Source of the DNA: Bythopirellula sp.
GTDB lineage: Bacteria > Planctomycetota > Planctomycetia > Pirellulales > Lacipirellulaceae
Reading direction: 5' to 3'
Assembly (NCBI GenBank): GCA_965216565.1
Contig: OZ244170.1
Coordinates: 832,001-896,000, forward strand
Length of the DNA: 64,000 bases
The position numbers and the translations under genes were made by a program. How positions within the stretch are numbered: the first letter of the stretch is position 1; the number at the start of each line of letters is the position of its first letter. Below are positions 9,251 through 19,372 of the stretch, piece by piece. The notes under the pieces are model-generated. The model did no database searches and was not told the origin of the DNA. It saw only the letters and a program-made list of their open reading frames with translations.

Positions 9251-10309
9251 ATGGAAGCCTGGATCGATTACGAACTGCCCGCCGAACTCGTTGCTCAAGA
9301 ACCGCTGCAGAATCGTGCAGATGCGCGTTTGATGCTGATTGATCGTGAGCAAAACGCGATCGATCACTACCACATCCGCGACTTGCCCCGCTTGTTGAAG
9401 CCCAGTGATCGCCTGGTCCTCAACGACACCAAAGTGATCCCCGCGCAATTGCGAGGATTGCGTATGGCCACTGGGGGACGCTGGCAGGGGTTGTATCTGG
9501 GAATGCTTGACGGAGGCGATTGGCGGATCGTCTGCAAAACCCGGGGCAAGCTCCAGCCGATGGACAAGATCCAGCTTCTCGATCGCGAAGGGAAGCCGAA
9601 CATGGTTCTGTGGCTGCTAGAGAAGCTGCCCGAGGGTCAGTGGCGGGCTCATCCAGAGAGCGAGGAAGACGCCCTGGCTATCTTGCAGCAACTTGGGCGA
9701 GTGCCGCTGCCGCCCTATATCCGCGGGGGGAATATGGTCGACTCCGATTCGGTCGACTATCAAACCGTCTTCGCACGCCATCCGGGGGCCGTGGCGGCCC
9801 CGACTGCCGGTTTACACTTCACCGAGCGGTTGCTGGAGGCGATTAGTCAGGGGGGTGTGGAATTCAGCTCGGTGACGTTGCACGTAGGCATGGGGACGTT
9901 TCGTCCGATTTCAGCGGACAATCCAGAAGATCATCCGATGCACAGCGAATGGGCAGATCTTACCCAGGTGGCTGTGGATGAAATCTTGGCAACCCGCAAC
10001 GGGGGAGGGCGGAACATTGCCGTGGGGACAACGGTGACTCGTGTGCTGGAGTCCGTCGCAGCCCACCAAGCTGCGGAAGGAGGTGCTCCGCTGGCAACCT
10101 GGCAGGGCGAGACAAATCTGTTCATTCGCCCCCCCTACGAATTCAGAGCGATCGACGGACTCCTCACAAACTTTCACTTCCCACGGACGACCTTGTTGCT
10201 GCTGGTTCAGGCCTTTGGTGGTACAGAACTCATTCGCAAGGCATACGAGACGGCAATCGAGGAGCAATATCGATTCTACAGCTATGGCGATGCAATGCTG
10301 ATCGTCTGA
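9251..10309 (+). CDS. queA: tRNA preQ1(34) SAM ribosyltransferase-isomerase
   Basis: DYELPAELVAQ, NDTKVIPA, PLPPYI, AVAAPTAGLHF, TNFH, YRFYSYGDAM. Confidence 0.97.
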   Translation: MEAWIDYELPAELVAQEPLQNRADARLMLIDREQNAIDHYHIRDLPRLLKPSDRLVLNDTKVIPAQLRGLRMATGGRWQGLYLGMLDGGDWRIVCKTRGKLQPMDKIQLLDREGKPNMVLWLLEKLPEGQWRAHPESEEDALAILQQLGRVPLPPYIRGGNMVDSDSVDYQTVFARHPGAVAAPTAGLHFTERLLEAISQGGVEFSSVTLHVGMGTFRPISADNPEDHPMHSEWADLTQVAVDEILATRNGGGRNIAVGTTVTRVLESVAAHQAAEGGAPLATWQGETNLFIRPPYEFRAIDGLLTNFHFPRTTLLLLVQAFGGTELIRKAYETAIEEQYRFYSYGDAMLIV

Positions 10310-10320
10310 GAAATCGAGCC

Positions 10321-10500
10321 TTAGGAGCCGAGAACACCGTTTAGTTGTGCTGCCGAGTTGTCGAAGCTGGCACCGGTTTGGGTCGACAGCAGTGCGACGC
10401 CGCCTAAACAGATCACGGTAATCATCGCGAGCATCACGGCATACTCAACGGCAGTGGGACCATCTTCCTCGATTGCTAAACGTCGTACAAAATCCATCAT
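10321..10500 (-). CDS. flp: Flp family type IVb pilin (59 aa)
   Basis: MMDFVRRLAIEEDG-PTAVEYAVMLAMI: prepilin cleavage site plus EY Flp motif; start re-called at ATG 10500. Confidence 0.9.
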   Translation of the reverse strand: MMDFVRRLAIEEDGPTAVEYAVMLAMITVICLGGVALLSTQTGASFDNSAAQLNGVLGS

Positions 10501-10693
10501 GATTGCACCAGCAGAAAAGTTATAAGCCCTGTGTCCTTGGGCGAAATTTGGGTAGGCACTAAAGCCTAGCTTTTCTACGGCAAAAAGCCGACTGCGCAGG
10601 CCAAACCGCGTAATGTTTCTGCACATTTGTGCCGCTAGTCTTCGCCCCGTGGCGATCGTAACGGTTAGAGGGGCACCCGCGGTAGAGGCTGGG

Positions 10694-11026
10694 CTAGGCT
10701 TGGAACGAGCTACCGCAACCGCAGCTCTTCACTGCATTGGGATTGTCGAAAGTGAAGCCGCGCTTTTCGATGCCGTCGAAGAAATCGACAGTCGTCCCAT
10801 CCAGATAGAGGGCACTTTTCTTGTCGACCACGACGGGAATTCCGTGGAATTCGAACTTCGCATCGACTTTGTCGTCGAATTTCTTGTCGAAACCTAGAGC
10901 ATAGCTAAAACCACTGCAGCCACCGCCGGTCACGCCCACGCGAAGCACCGTGCCCTCTTCGAGCTTCTGGTCTTCGATAATTCGCTTGACTTCTTTCGCG
11001 GCATTCTCTGTAAGTACGATGCTCAT
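10694..11026 (-). CDS. iscA: A-type Fe-S carrier (IscA/ErpA/HesB family)
   Basis: [24 protein letters not shown]. Confidence 0.93.
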   Translation of the reverse strand: MSIVLTENAAKEVKRIIEDQKLEEGTVLRVGVTGGGCSGFSYALGFDKKFDDKVDAKFEFHGIPVVVDKKSALYLDGTTVDFFDGIEKRGFTFDNPNAVKSCGCGSSFQA

Positions 11027-11159
11027 GTCTGGTTCCTAAACCCTTTTTGCAATGTTCGAACTATGTGGCGGGGCAGTCTTGTGGCGGATGCACAAGGTCG
11101 CTGCCCGTCTACTGTAAATTATAGCAAATTCTGGACGAGGGAAAGTGGAACTTGAAGTG

Positions 11160-12374
11160 CTATTTTCCGCTGAATTCCCGCAAAGTGGACACGGCCTGGA
11201 CCACCATTTGGGTGGCGGACGTCGTTTCCTCGGCTGTATTGAACCTCCCCAGCCCGAATCGCAGGCTGCTACGGGCGAGGTCTTCGCTCATTCCCAGGGC
11301 TAGCAATACGTGGCTTGGACCCGGGTCACTTGAGGCGCAAGTGGCCCCCGTGCTAATCGCCAGACTATCCATAGACATCAGCAATGCTTCGCCATCGACA
11401 TCGCCAAACGCAAGATTTAGGTTGCCGGGCAGACGCAGTGGATTGCCACCTGCTTTGCTTGCCTCGTCGGTTGCATCCAGCGCTGGTCCGCATATTTGCA
11501 GCCCTTCGATTTGTTCGTTGAGCCGCTGCCAGAGGTCGTCGCGTAAGTGTGCGAGCCGACGCGATTCGTCTTCCAGTTCCTCGGCGCACAGCTCGAGAGC
11601 TTTGGCAAATCCTACGATGCCGGGGACATTGAGTGTGCCGCTGCGGCGACCCTCTTGCTGTCCGCCACCAGTGATCTGTGCCTGCAATCGAACGATTGGG
11701 TCGCGTCGCCGCACATACAGGGCACCGACACCTTTGGGCCCATAGATTTTGTGGGAAGTAAAACTCATCAGGTCGACACCCAGGTCGCCCACGTCGACGG
11801 GCAACTTGCCAACCGCCTGAGTCGCATCGCAGTGCAGGAGCACCCCACACTCGTGGCACAAATTGGCTATTTCCTGCAGCGGCTGAACCACACCGATCTC
11901 GTTGTTGGCCAGCATCACGCTCACCAGCGAAGTGTTGTCGCGCAAGTTGTCAGCCACCTGCTGCGGATCGAGCCAACCTGCGCGGGGACTTTCGTATTGC
12001 TCAACTTCCAGCAGCGAAATGTCGTTGCCCGCCTTGGCTAGGCGTTGGAAAGGATCGAGCACCGCGGCATGCTCGGTCCGCACGGTGACGAAGTGCTGCG
12101 TGGCTCCTTTGTTTCTTTTCGCCTTTTGCTCGGCAACGCCATGGATCGCCAGATTGTTGCTCTCTGTGGCTCCACTGGTGAACACAATCTCGCGCGCGTC
12201 AGCACCAACATTGGCCGCTATGCTGGTGCGCGACTCTTCCACCGCTTCCTCTGCCTGTTGGCCCAGGCTATGGACACTACCCGCATTGCCGAACTCTTCG
12301 GAGAAGTATGGCAACATCGCAGCTACCACCCGCGGATCGACCCGCGTGGTGGAGTGGTTATCCATGTAGATCAT
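11160..12374 (-). CDS. iscS: Cysteine desulfurase (IscS/NifS class)
   Basis: YMDNHSTT, FTSGATESNN, ANNEIG, HKIYGPKG, RSGT, catalytic STGATCAS. Confidence 0.92.
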   Translation of the reverse strand: MIYMDNHSTTRVDPRVVAAMLPYFSEEFGNAGSVHSLGQQAEEAVEESRTSIAANVGADAREIVFTSGATESNNLAIHGVAEQKAKRNKGATQHFVTVRTEHAAVLDPFQRLAKAGNDISLLEVEQYESPRAGWLDPQQVADNLRDNTSLVSVMLANNEIGVVQPLQEIANLCHECGVLLHCDATQAVGKLPVDVGDLGVDLMSFTSHKIYGPKGVGALYVRRRDPIVRLQAQITGGGQQEGRRSGTLNVPGIVGFAKALELCAEELEDESRRLAHLRDDLWQRLNEQIEGLQICGPALDATDEASKAGGNPLRLPGNLNLAFGDVDGEALLMSMDSLAISTGATCASSDPGPSHVLLALGMSEDLARSSLRFGLGRFNTAEETTSATQMVVQAVSTLREFSGK

Positions 12375-12382
12375 ACGGAGGA

Positions 12383-12399
12383 GCTAGGGGCTAGGAGTT
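12383..12399 (+). repeat. 7-mer-based repeat GCTAGGGGCTAGGAGTT, copy 1
   Basis: Identical 17-mer at 13081-13097; related units at 47484-47607. Confidence 0.75.
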
Positions 12400-12447
12400 G
12401 GTGGCTAGGGGCATATGACTCCAGCCTACTGCCTCCCGCCTACCGTC

Positions 12448-13068
12448 TCAAGCGAACAGCGCTGGCACCACGATTTGCGACCACGACTCGTAGCGGTCGA
12501 TTTCAGCGAGGATGTCTGTGATGGGCATGAACCCGGCGTCGAGAATGTCTTCTTCCCGGGGTTTGACCTGCTCGGTTTCTAAATCGAATAGATGCACGAC
12601 ACCCAGGTGGACTTTTCCGACAGGTGTTTCGTCGTCGTTAATCAGACCAACACACTTTTCTGTAAACGGCGAGTCGAGCTGGACTTCCTCGCCCAGTTCC
12701 CGTTGCATGCCGACGCGATAGATGTCGTGTACGGTGCCCGCGGTCGAGTCTTCCGTCGAAATATGCCCACCGATGCCGACGCTTTTTTTGGCGTGTAGCC
12801 GTTGCTCGCCCATGCCACCTCCGCGTGTGTACTGAAACAGTCGCTCGACGCCATTGGCATCGATATGGCGGAAGAGCATGTAGGGGATCAATTGCTTGAA
12901 GCTCGGATCCTCCTCCATTTCGCTCCGCGGCCGATAGCTGAGGTTCTCACTCTCTAGCAGCGCCGGCAGATAGGTATCCAACTCCGCAGAGAATCCTTGA
13001 AAGTGGCCCAGCGCATGAAACTCACTGGTGGGCAAAACTAATACGCGTTCCTCGGCTACAGTAGACAT
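12448..13068 (-). CDS. NUDIX-like phosphoesterase
   Basis: EEDPSFKQLIPY, SVGIGGHI, RELGEEV, GLINDD..VGKVHLG. Confidence 0.85.
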   Translation of the reverse strand: MSTVAEERVLVLPTSEFHALGHFQGFSAELDTYLPALLESENLSYRPRSEMEEDPSFKQLIPYMLFRHIDANGVERLFQYTRGGGMGEQRLHAKKSVGIGGHISTEDSTAGTVHDIYRVGMQRELGEEVQLDSPFTEKCVGLINDDETPVGKVHLGVVHLFDLETEQVKPREEDILDAGFMPITDILAEIDRYESWSQIVVPALFA

Positions 13069-13080
13069 CGTGTCTGGGGG

Positions 13081-13097
13081 GCTAGGGGCTAGGAGTT
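13081..13097 (+). repeat. 7-mer-based repeat GCTAGGGGCTAGGAGTT, copy 2
   Basis: Direct repeat of 12383-12399, extended by AGAGACTAGGG. Confidence 0.75.
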
Positions 13098-13192
13098 AGA
13101 GACTAGGGATCAGGCACAGCCGCGTTGCCACGCAACGCAAGGCATAGCTTAACAAACGCTACCGACGTGCGGCAGGGGGCAACGAAATTAGC

Positions 13193-16100
13193 CTACTCCA
13201 CAATCTCCACCTTCAGCCCATCTGAGTTCGCACGTAGTTCGGGGGCATACATCGCCGAGGCGCGGGTGGGTAGGGCGCTGAAGCGGCCGGGGATTTCGGC
13301 GCGAAGCCGGTAGCTGACGCTGTGCTTGCCGCGGGCCAGGCGGGCCACGAGCAGGCTCACCCGATCGTCGCGCAATTCCATGTAGGCACCCAGTTCGTTT
13401 CCGTTGTAACCGCTGCGGATGGCGACCGGTTCGAAGCCGGCGGCCTTCATGTCTTCCAGCAGTATGTACTCGTAGTCGTTCTTGCTATCGACTTCTAATT
13501 CCACTTCGACCATGTCGCCACTTTCGACGTCGGCATGGTTGACGATTTCGGTGCGCGAGAATTTTTCGACCTTTTGGCTGACCACCTGGCCGTGGCCACC
13601 GGCGATCTCAGTTTCGGCATCAACCGGCGTGAGCTTATAGTATTTGCGAGCGACTTTCAGCTCCAAGCCGGCGGCGGTAATATCGTCTTCGAGTGTGAAG
13701 TTGGTGAGGTAGCCGTTGTAGTAGATCGGTGACGCGCCTGTCTTGCGAATCTCGACGGTATGGCGTCCGGAAGCAAGTTCATCGCCGGAGAGCACAAGTT
13801 TATTGTCGAACGTGAATAGGTTCTCCTTGGTGATTTCAACTTGTTTGCGTTGCTGACCATCGATCCACACTTCCAGCTTGACGTTCGGATCGTCCTCGCC
13901 GGTAGCTTGCAAGTAGTCAGCAAAGGCTTCGATTACCAGGGCCGTATCGCGCGTGCTTTGCCAGTAGGTGCCATGCTTGCGATTGTTCAGCAGATACTTC
14001 ACCAGTCGAGGGGCGAGTTCGCTATCGGGATCGGTGGCGACGAGCAATTTGAGATAATAAGACATTGCTTCGTTGTCGCTGCCGTACCAATACCACCAAT
14101 AACCACCGGGTAGTTCGAGCCAGGCGGTTTGGTTTTCGTCGTCTTCCTTCACGTATTGACGCAAATTGCGGAGGACCATTTGTAGCTTGTCTGTTTCCTG
14201 CTGCAGATGCAGTGCCATGCCGTAGGTGGCCAGACTGTAGACGGCCAGCTTCGTACGCGAGCGATAGAGGTGTTCGGTCATCTGTTGGTGGGCTTCGGTC
14301 GCATTGGGCGTCGATTCAATTTGCGACGCTTCGCTGACGACCATATGTACCAAGGCATCGAGATTATCCGCATGCTGTTTGGCATCTTCGCGCTCGCCCT
14401 GTTGCCAGCGATCGAGGCGTCGTACTTGGTCGGCTTGATAGCGCTCCAGCCATTGGACGCCACGCTCGAGTACGCCGGGAACCAAGGCGACTTCATTTTC
14501 CTTGGCTTTAATGAGTCCGTGAACGACGACGGCCGTGGTGTGGGGGTAACTCCGTTCGCCCCAACCGCTGAACCAGCCCCAACCTCCGTCGGAAAGCTGC
14601 ATGGAGGTAAGCTTCGTGACGCCTTTGGCTACCATGGCTTCCATTTCCGCATCGTCGAAGACGGGGTTGCGGTCGAAACGCTTCCAGCCTTGGGCCCGCT
14701 GGATGTCGTCGCCAATTTCTTGGGCGTTGAGGTTGGTTCGTTTCTGCGAGATCGCGGCCAGATCGAGATCCATCCGTCGCAGTGTCTGTTGCGTAATAAC
14801 CGCGGGCAAAAATCGATTTAGCGTTTGCTCAGTACATCCGTAGGGATAATCGAGTAGGTAGGGCAGGGCGTCGACCATCGCGCCAGCAAGCGTTGGTGTA
14901 TAGCGAACTTCCAACCGCGTTTGTTCGGCGCGTCGCTCAGCAGGCACCGAGATGGTGAATTGGCCGTTCTCTTGTGTGGGACGAATGACGCCCGTGTACG
15001 ATTCGGTTTTCAGCATGCCGTGGACGTGGACGGGAAACTCCATCGCCATGGCGTCGGATTCTTCGTCGGTGAGCGCGCTCATGGTAATTTTGGCGGTGCC
15101 CTCTCCTGTGGCACGTACGCGCCAGTCGATACGAGCTTCCCCATCGGCATCGATCGTGACTGTCTGCTCGAGTGCGCCGTTGCCATCCGCGTCTATCAAC
15201 TCCAAGCAATCACCATCCAGCGCAAGGATGACACGAACCTGTTTTTTCTCAGACAAATAGTTGTGGACGTTTGCGGAAAGGACGACCTCGTCGCGCTCCA
15301 CAAAGAATCGCGGTGCTTGGAGACGAATAATGAGATTCTTGCGAGTGACGATCTCTGCCGAGCCTTCGCCCACGCGCGTGCCATGGCCAACGCCCCAGGC
15401 GCGGACTTTCCAAGTGGTGAGATTCTGCGGCATGTCGAGTTCGACCTCGGCCAAGCCTTCCTCATTGGTTTTTAAGCTTCCAACCCAGAGGGCGGTATCG
15501 GCGAAGTTTTCGCGTACGGTCGGTTCAAGGAGTTCTGTGGCAGGCTCATTGGCGTCACGTTCTTCCTCACTAGAGCCATCGGCGAAGCCTTCTTTCATTT
15601 CTTGTCCACGGACTTGATCGGCTGCCATAGGGGCAGCGAGTGACTTTGCTACTCCTCCACCAAGACCTCCTCGACCGCGATCCATTCTGAATCGTTGCCC
15701 GCTGGAGGAAGACTCTCGATTAGCGACAAGGTCGAGCTCGTCCGCGACCGTTTCACCAAAGACTCCGAGGTTTTGCATGTAAGGCGCGTTCGGTTTCACT
15801 AGAAGTCCAGAGTGTCGTTCCAGGTTGTTCTCTCCTTGAGGGCGATGGTCGCGTCGCCACTTCCAGAAGAACTCGCGAATATCCGCCACATTGGTGCCAC
15901 CCGATATGTACTCGAGGGCTTTGTCGTAGATGGACACCGCTAGTGATCCGATAAAGGGCAGGCCTTGCTGGTCGGTAACCTTCAGTGTCAGCTTCGCCTG
16001 TTGATCGGGAAGGTAGGAATCCGCCGACGGGACTACCTCTAGATTTAAGATGCGCTCAACGGGCGGAACAAAGATCTCCCTGGCGACCGTGTGAACACTA

Positions 16101-19100
16101 CCACTGTGGACGGTGATCGCTTCGACAAAGAAATTGGGGGTATCCTTTTGCGTAACGTCGACCTCGATTTCGGTGCTTTTTCCGTCGAGCTGAACGAGTT
16201 GCGGTTTAAGGTAGACGCCGTTGGACGGACGCAGAAATAACAAAACTGCTGCACCAGTGCGGTTGGTATTGATGCGTAACGCGACCTTGTCGCCCGGCTT
16301 GTAATCGCGGCGATCGGGGATGATTTCTAAATCGTTGAAGCGAAATTCAGAACCGTCAAAGCCTTCGCCGGCGATGGTCACGACTTGGGCGCCTTCCACT
16401 TCGTTGCCAGCTTCGTCGGTAAGCTGGTAAACGAGCCGATACTGGCCCGCTTCGGAGGCTTTGATCTGGAGCGATGCTTGCCCAGTTTGTCCAAGGGCGA
16501 GTTCCCAGCTTCCTGTTTCTGTTTCGACGGGTGTTCCGTCTTCGTAGCGAATTTTCAGCAGCCGCATTGTGCCATTGCCGGTGACGGGTTTGCCATCGAG
16601 AGTGCGTGCGGCGGCGCCGATTTCCATGGTATCGCCCACTCGATAGTGTCCCCGATGCGGCCAAACGAAGACTTTGAACGGCTGGCGGGACACCAGCACG
16701 CGTCCGCTGCCAACAATCGTGCGGCGCGAAGCATCGACCACTTCCGCCTGAATCTGATAACTGTGATCTTGGTTGGGATGAAGCTCTGCCGCGAGTGAGG
16801 TATCGATTTCTACTTCCACGGTGCCATCCGCGCCGATGGGTACCTCCTGTTCGGCAATCACTTCAGGAGGGGTGGGGGATCTCCAGAACCAGGGTGGACT
16901 TGGAGCGAAACATCCCCACCGGGTCCAGCCGGGATACCAAGGGTAGTCGTAACTGAACCACCAGTAGCCCGGGCCATAGAGCCAGTCCCAGGGCATCGGT
17001 GGATACCAATTGTCTGTATAAGCGGTGCGGAGGACTTTGTATTTGACGGTCGCTTCGGTCACCGGCGAACCGAAGTAATAGCGGGCATTGATCTTGGCGG
17101 TGATTGTGTCGCCCAGGGTCAAGGGCTCTTCGGGAGCATCGATCGTTACTTCGAATTCAGGCTTCTTGTATTCTTCAACGCGGAACGACCCGCCGCCGTG
17201 ATTCACGACATGAATACGGTATTGCCCTAACGTAGCACCGGCGGGAACCTGCCAACTTCCTTCCAAACCGCCGTAGGCATCGGACGTGAGTTGTGTGCTA
17301 TATACCTTTTCGTTCTTCGGGTCGCGGATTTCGACCTGAAACGTTTGAGCCGCAAAACGTGATTCATCTTTGAGATCGTATTGGGCATGCCGGACCCAGA
17401 ACTTGAACTGCATTTTTTGTTCGGGCCGATATACGGGGCGGTCGGTGACCGTGAAGACCTTGACCTGTTGGTACTGTTGGTCGTAGTAATCGTTGTCCCA
17501 GACGCTACGAAATCCCAAATAGGAAAAGCGTCCTGCGGGAGTCGTCGCCACGGCGACCCAAGAGTAGCGCTGATTGTCGTCCGGAGGCAACTCGACAAGT
17601 CCCGCAGAGTCGGTGAACTTGGCAAAGTCCTTGGTATGCATTTTGAATTGGTTATCGCCTAGGTGCTCATTGGAGTAGCCAAAAAACTCGACGTTGCACT
17701 TCGAGATTGGCTTGCCTGTGACGGCGTCGGCGACATAGTACAGCGACTTGCCGACCAAGGGTTTCCTGACAATTGCCGTATCGCTGATCCAAATGACAAT
17801 GCTGGTGCTATTTCCATCGGCCATTTTGGAAGTTAGGAGATAGGCCCCAGGCTCTTGCAAAGGCGTGGTCACTGTCGTGCGGCGATCGAAGTGCCCTTCG
17901 CGGGGCTGCAGATCGAGATTCCATTTGGCGACTTGCTTGCCGACGTACTTGTCTTCGCCCTGAGTGACAAGCCGATGCCCCAGCTGTTCGATCTGAAGTT
18001 TCTCCCAGCCAATTCGCTTCCCATCGAAGTCTTTTAGAAGTTGTTTGACGTCGGTCAATAGATCGCGCACCTTCACGCGATGGGCCGTGAAGGTAACTCG
18101 CTTGCCGTTGCGATAGCGGAAGTCGACCGTCGCACCTTTGCCAGCAGGCTGGGTCATGACGGATTCAAAACGTCCCCAGTTTTTCACGATCTGGTCACGT
18201 TGGAGTTTTGCATGAGGCGCGTTTAAGTTCTTGTCGATGGCTTGCTGCCAATACTCGGCGGCACGCGGGAATTGCCGGCGATCGGTAAACAATCCCGCCA
18301 AGCTGTGTACTGCTGGACTCAAATAAGGAGTAGATGAATCTGCATCGGCTGTGGCGATTTGTTGAAGGAGCTTGATGTGGTTGTGGCTATCAGGCAGTTC
18401 AAATCGCTTGATACCTGTGGCCAATCGCGCAATAGTTTCGTTTTCCGAAAGCGTGTGCAAGGCAAACGTGCCAGTCTCTGCGTTGCCATCGTTAGGTGTA
18501 GGTTGGCCAAACCACCTGCCGTAACGTGCCAGGGTGCCCACTCCAAATTGTGATTTGAGAAACTGGGCACGCAGCGTCAGTACTTCGTTCTTGCGCTGTG
18601 GTTGCCACCCGACGAGTTTGGCTAGCAGCCAACGCCAGCGCTCGCCATCATTGGTCGCTTCTTGCCAGGAGTTGGGTTCATCGTAGAAGACAGGTTGGCC
18701 GTCCGCATTGACCGGAGCACCTTGGGTGCCGCCGTGAAACATGTTCCAACCATCGTCGTAGTCGGGCAATTCTTCGAGATCTGTAAGCGACTGCAATCTC
18801 CACGATTGGGTATGGTTATGGTGGTAGTTCATTGTGCGGGCGAACCCACGGAGCATGTCGGCCGCTGCTGATTGCGATTGTTCTTCAGTTAATTTATCTA
18901 ATAGCTGCAGTGCCCGGCTGAATAACTGCAATGACCTGACACGGTCCCGGGCTTCGGCATTTATCACTTTCCCCCCGCCGCGGTGATTGCCACGATGGAA
19001 TTCGCCAGCCACCCGGTAGCCCCAGTGTTGCCGCGTGGAATAGCTCTCCGCGATGGCTGAGAGCATTCGCCAATCGTCTGCAAAATCTTTGGTCAGTGGC

Positions 19101-19372
19101 TCGCGGAACTCGTCGATTTCATGGAGCCGATTGAGCTGCTGATAGCAATCGAGGCTTCCATGGAATGCCTGAGCTAATTGCTCCGAGGGCAAAGACTTGC
19201 TTGACAATAGGTTTGCATAAGACTGGAGTGCCTCGGCATAGTTACCGTCCGATTGCAGCTTCTTTGCCGCAGCCAGTTCGGAACTCTGCGCCGCATCGCA
19301 CTGTGTGTGAAAAGAGCAGGTACAGATTGCGAGTGTTATGAGTCCACTGAACCACAATTTGGGCCTAACCAT
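13193..19372 (-). CDS. Bacterial alpha-2-macroglobulin family protein (2059 aa)
   Basis: TDRPVYRP (MG2), FRVEEYKKPEFEV, VRENFADTALW, thioester YPYGCTEQT, DGGWGW, WQSTRDTA, AMYAPE. Confidence 0.93.
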   Translation of the reverse strand: MVRPKLWFSGLITLAICTCSFHTQCDAAQSSELAAAKKLQSDGNYAEALQSYANLLSSKSLPSEQLAQAFHGSLDCYQQLNRLHEIDEFREPLTKDFADDWRMLSAIAESYSTRQHWGYRVAGEFHRGNHRGGGKVINAEARDRVRSLQLFSRALQLLDKLTEEQSQSAAADMLRGFARTMNYHHNHTQSWRLQSLTDLEELPDYDDGWNMFHGGTQGAPVNADGQPVFYDEPNSWQEATNDGERWRWLLAKLVGWQPQRKNEVLTLRAQFLKSQFGVGTLARYGRWFGQPTPNDGNAETGTFALHTLSENETIARLATGIKRFELPDSHNHIKLLQQIATADADSSTPYLSPAVHSLAGLFTDRRQFPRAAEYWQQAIDKNLNAPHAKLQRDQIVKNWGRFESVMTQPAGKGATVDFRYRNGKRVTFTAHRVKVRDLLTDVKQLLKDFDGKRIGWEKLQIEQLGHRLVTQGEDKYVGKQVAKWNLDLQPREGHFDRRTTVTTPLQEPGAYLLTSKMADGNSTSIVIWISDTAIVRKPLVGKSLYYVADAVTGKPISKCNVEFFGYSNEHLGDNQFKMHTKDFAKFTDSAGLVELPPDDNQRYSWVAVATTPAGRFSYLGFRSVWDNDYYDQQYQQVKVFTVTDRPVYRPEQKMQFKFWVRHAQYDLKDESRFAAQTFQVEIRDPKNEKVYSTQLTSDAYGGLEGSWQVPAGATLGQYRIHVVNHGGGSFRVEEYKKPEFEVTIDAPEEPLTLGDTITAKINARYYFGSPVTEATVKYKVLRTAYTDNWYPPMPWDWLYGPGYWWFSYDYPWYPGWTRWGCFAPSPPWFWRSPTPPEVIAEQEVPIGADGTVEVEIDTSLAAELHPNQDHSYQIQAEVVDASRRTIVGSGRVLVSRQPFKVFVWPHRGHYRVGDTMEIGAAARTLDGKPVTGNGTMRLLKIRYEDGTPVETETGSWELALGQTGQASLQIKASEAGQYRLVYQLTDEAGNEVEGAQVVTIAGEGFDGSEFRFNDLEIIPDRRDYKPGDKVALRINTNRTGAAVLLFLRPSNGVYLKPQLVQLDGKSTEIEVDVTQKDTPNFFVEAITVHSGSVHTVAREIFVPPVERILNLEVVPSADSYLPDQQAKLTLKVTDQQGLPFIGSLAVSIYDKALEYISGGTNVADIREFFWKWRRDHRPQGENNLERHSGLLVKPNAPYMQNLGVFGETVADELDLVANRESSSSGQRFRMDRGRGGLGGGVAKSLAAPMAADQVRGQEMKEGFADGSSEEERDANEPATELLEPTVRENFADTALWVGSLKTNEEGLAEVELDMPQNLTTWKVRAWGVGHGTRVGEGSAEIVTRKNLIIRLQAPRFFVERDEVVLSANVHNYLSEKKQVRVILALDGDCLELIDADGNGALEQTVTIDADGEARIDWRVRATGEGTAKITMSALTDEESDAMAMEFPVHVHGMLKTESYTGVIRPTQENGQFTISVPAERRAEQTRLEVRYTPTLAGAMVDALPYLLDYPYGCTEQTLNRFLPAVITQQTLRRMDLDLAAISQKRTNLNAQEIGDDIQRAQGWKRFDRNPVFDDAEMEAMVAKGVTKLTSMQLSDGGWGWFSGWGERSYPHTTAVVVHGLIKAKENEVALVPGVLERGVQWLERYQADQVRRLDRWQQGEREDAKQHADNLDALVHMVVSEASQIESTPNATEAHQQMTEHLYRSRTKLAVYSLATYGMALHLQQETDKLQMVLRNLRQYVKEDDENQTAWLELPGGYWWYWYGSDNEAMSYYLKLLVATDPDSELAPRLVKYLLNNRKHGTYWQSTRDTALVIEAFADYLQATGEDDPNVKLEVWIDGQQRKQVEITKENLFTFDNKLVLSGDELASGRHTVEIRKTGASPIYYNGYLTNFTLEDDITAAGLELKVARKYYKLTPVDAETEIAGGHGQVVSQKVEKFSRTEIVNHADVESGDMVEVELEVDSKNDYEYILLEDMKAAGFEPVAIRSGYNGNELGAYMELRDDRVSLLVARLARGKHSVSYRLRAEIPGRFSALPTRASAMYAPELRANSDGLKVEIVE

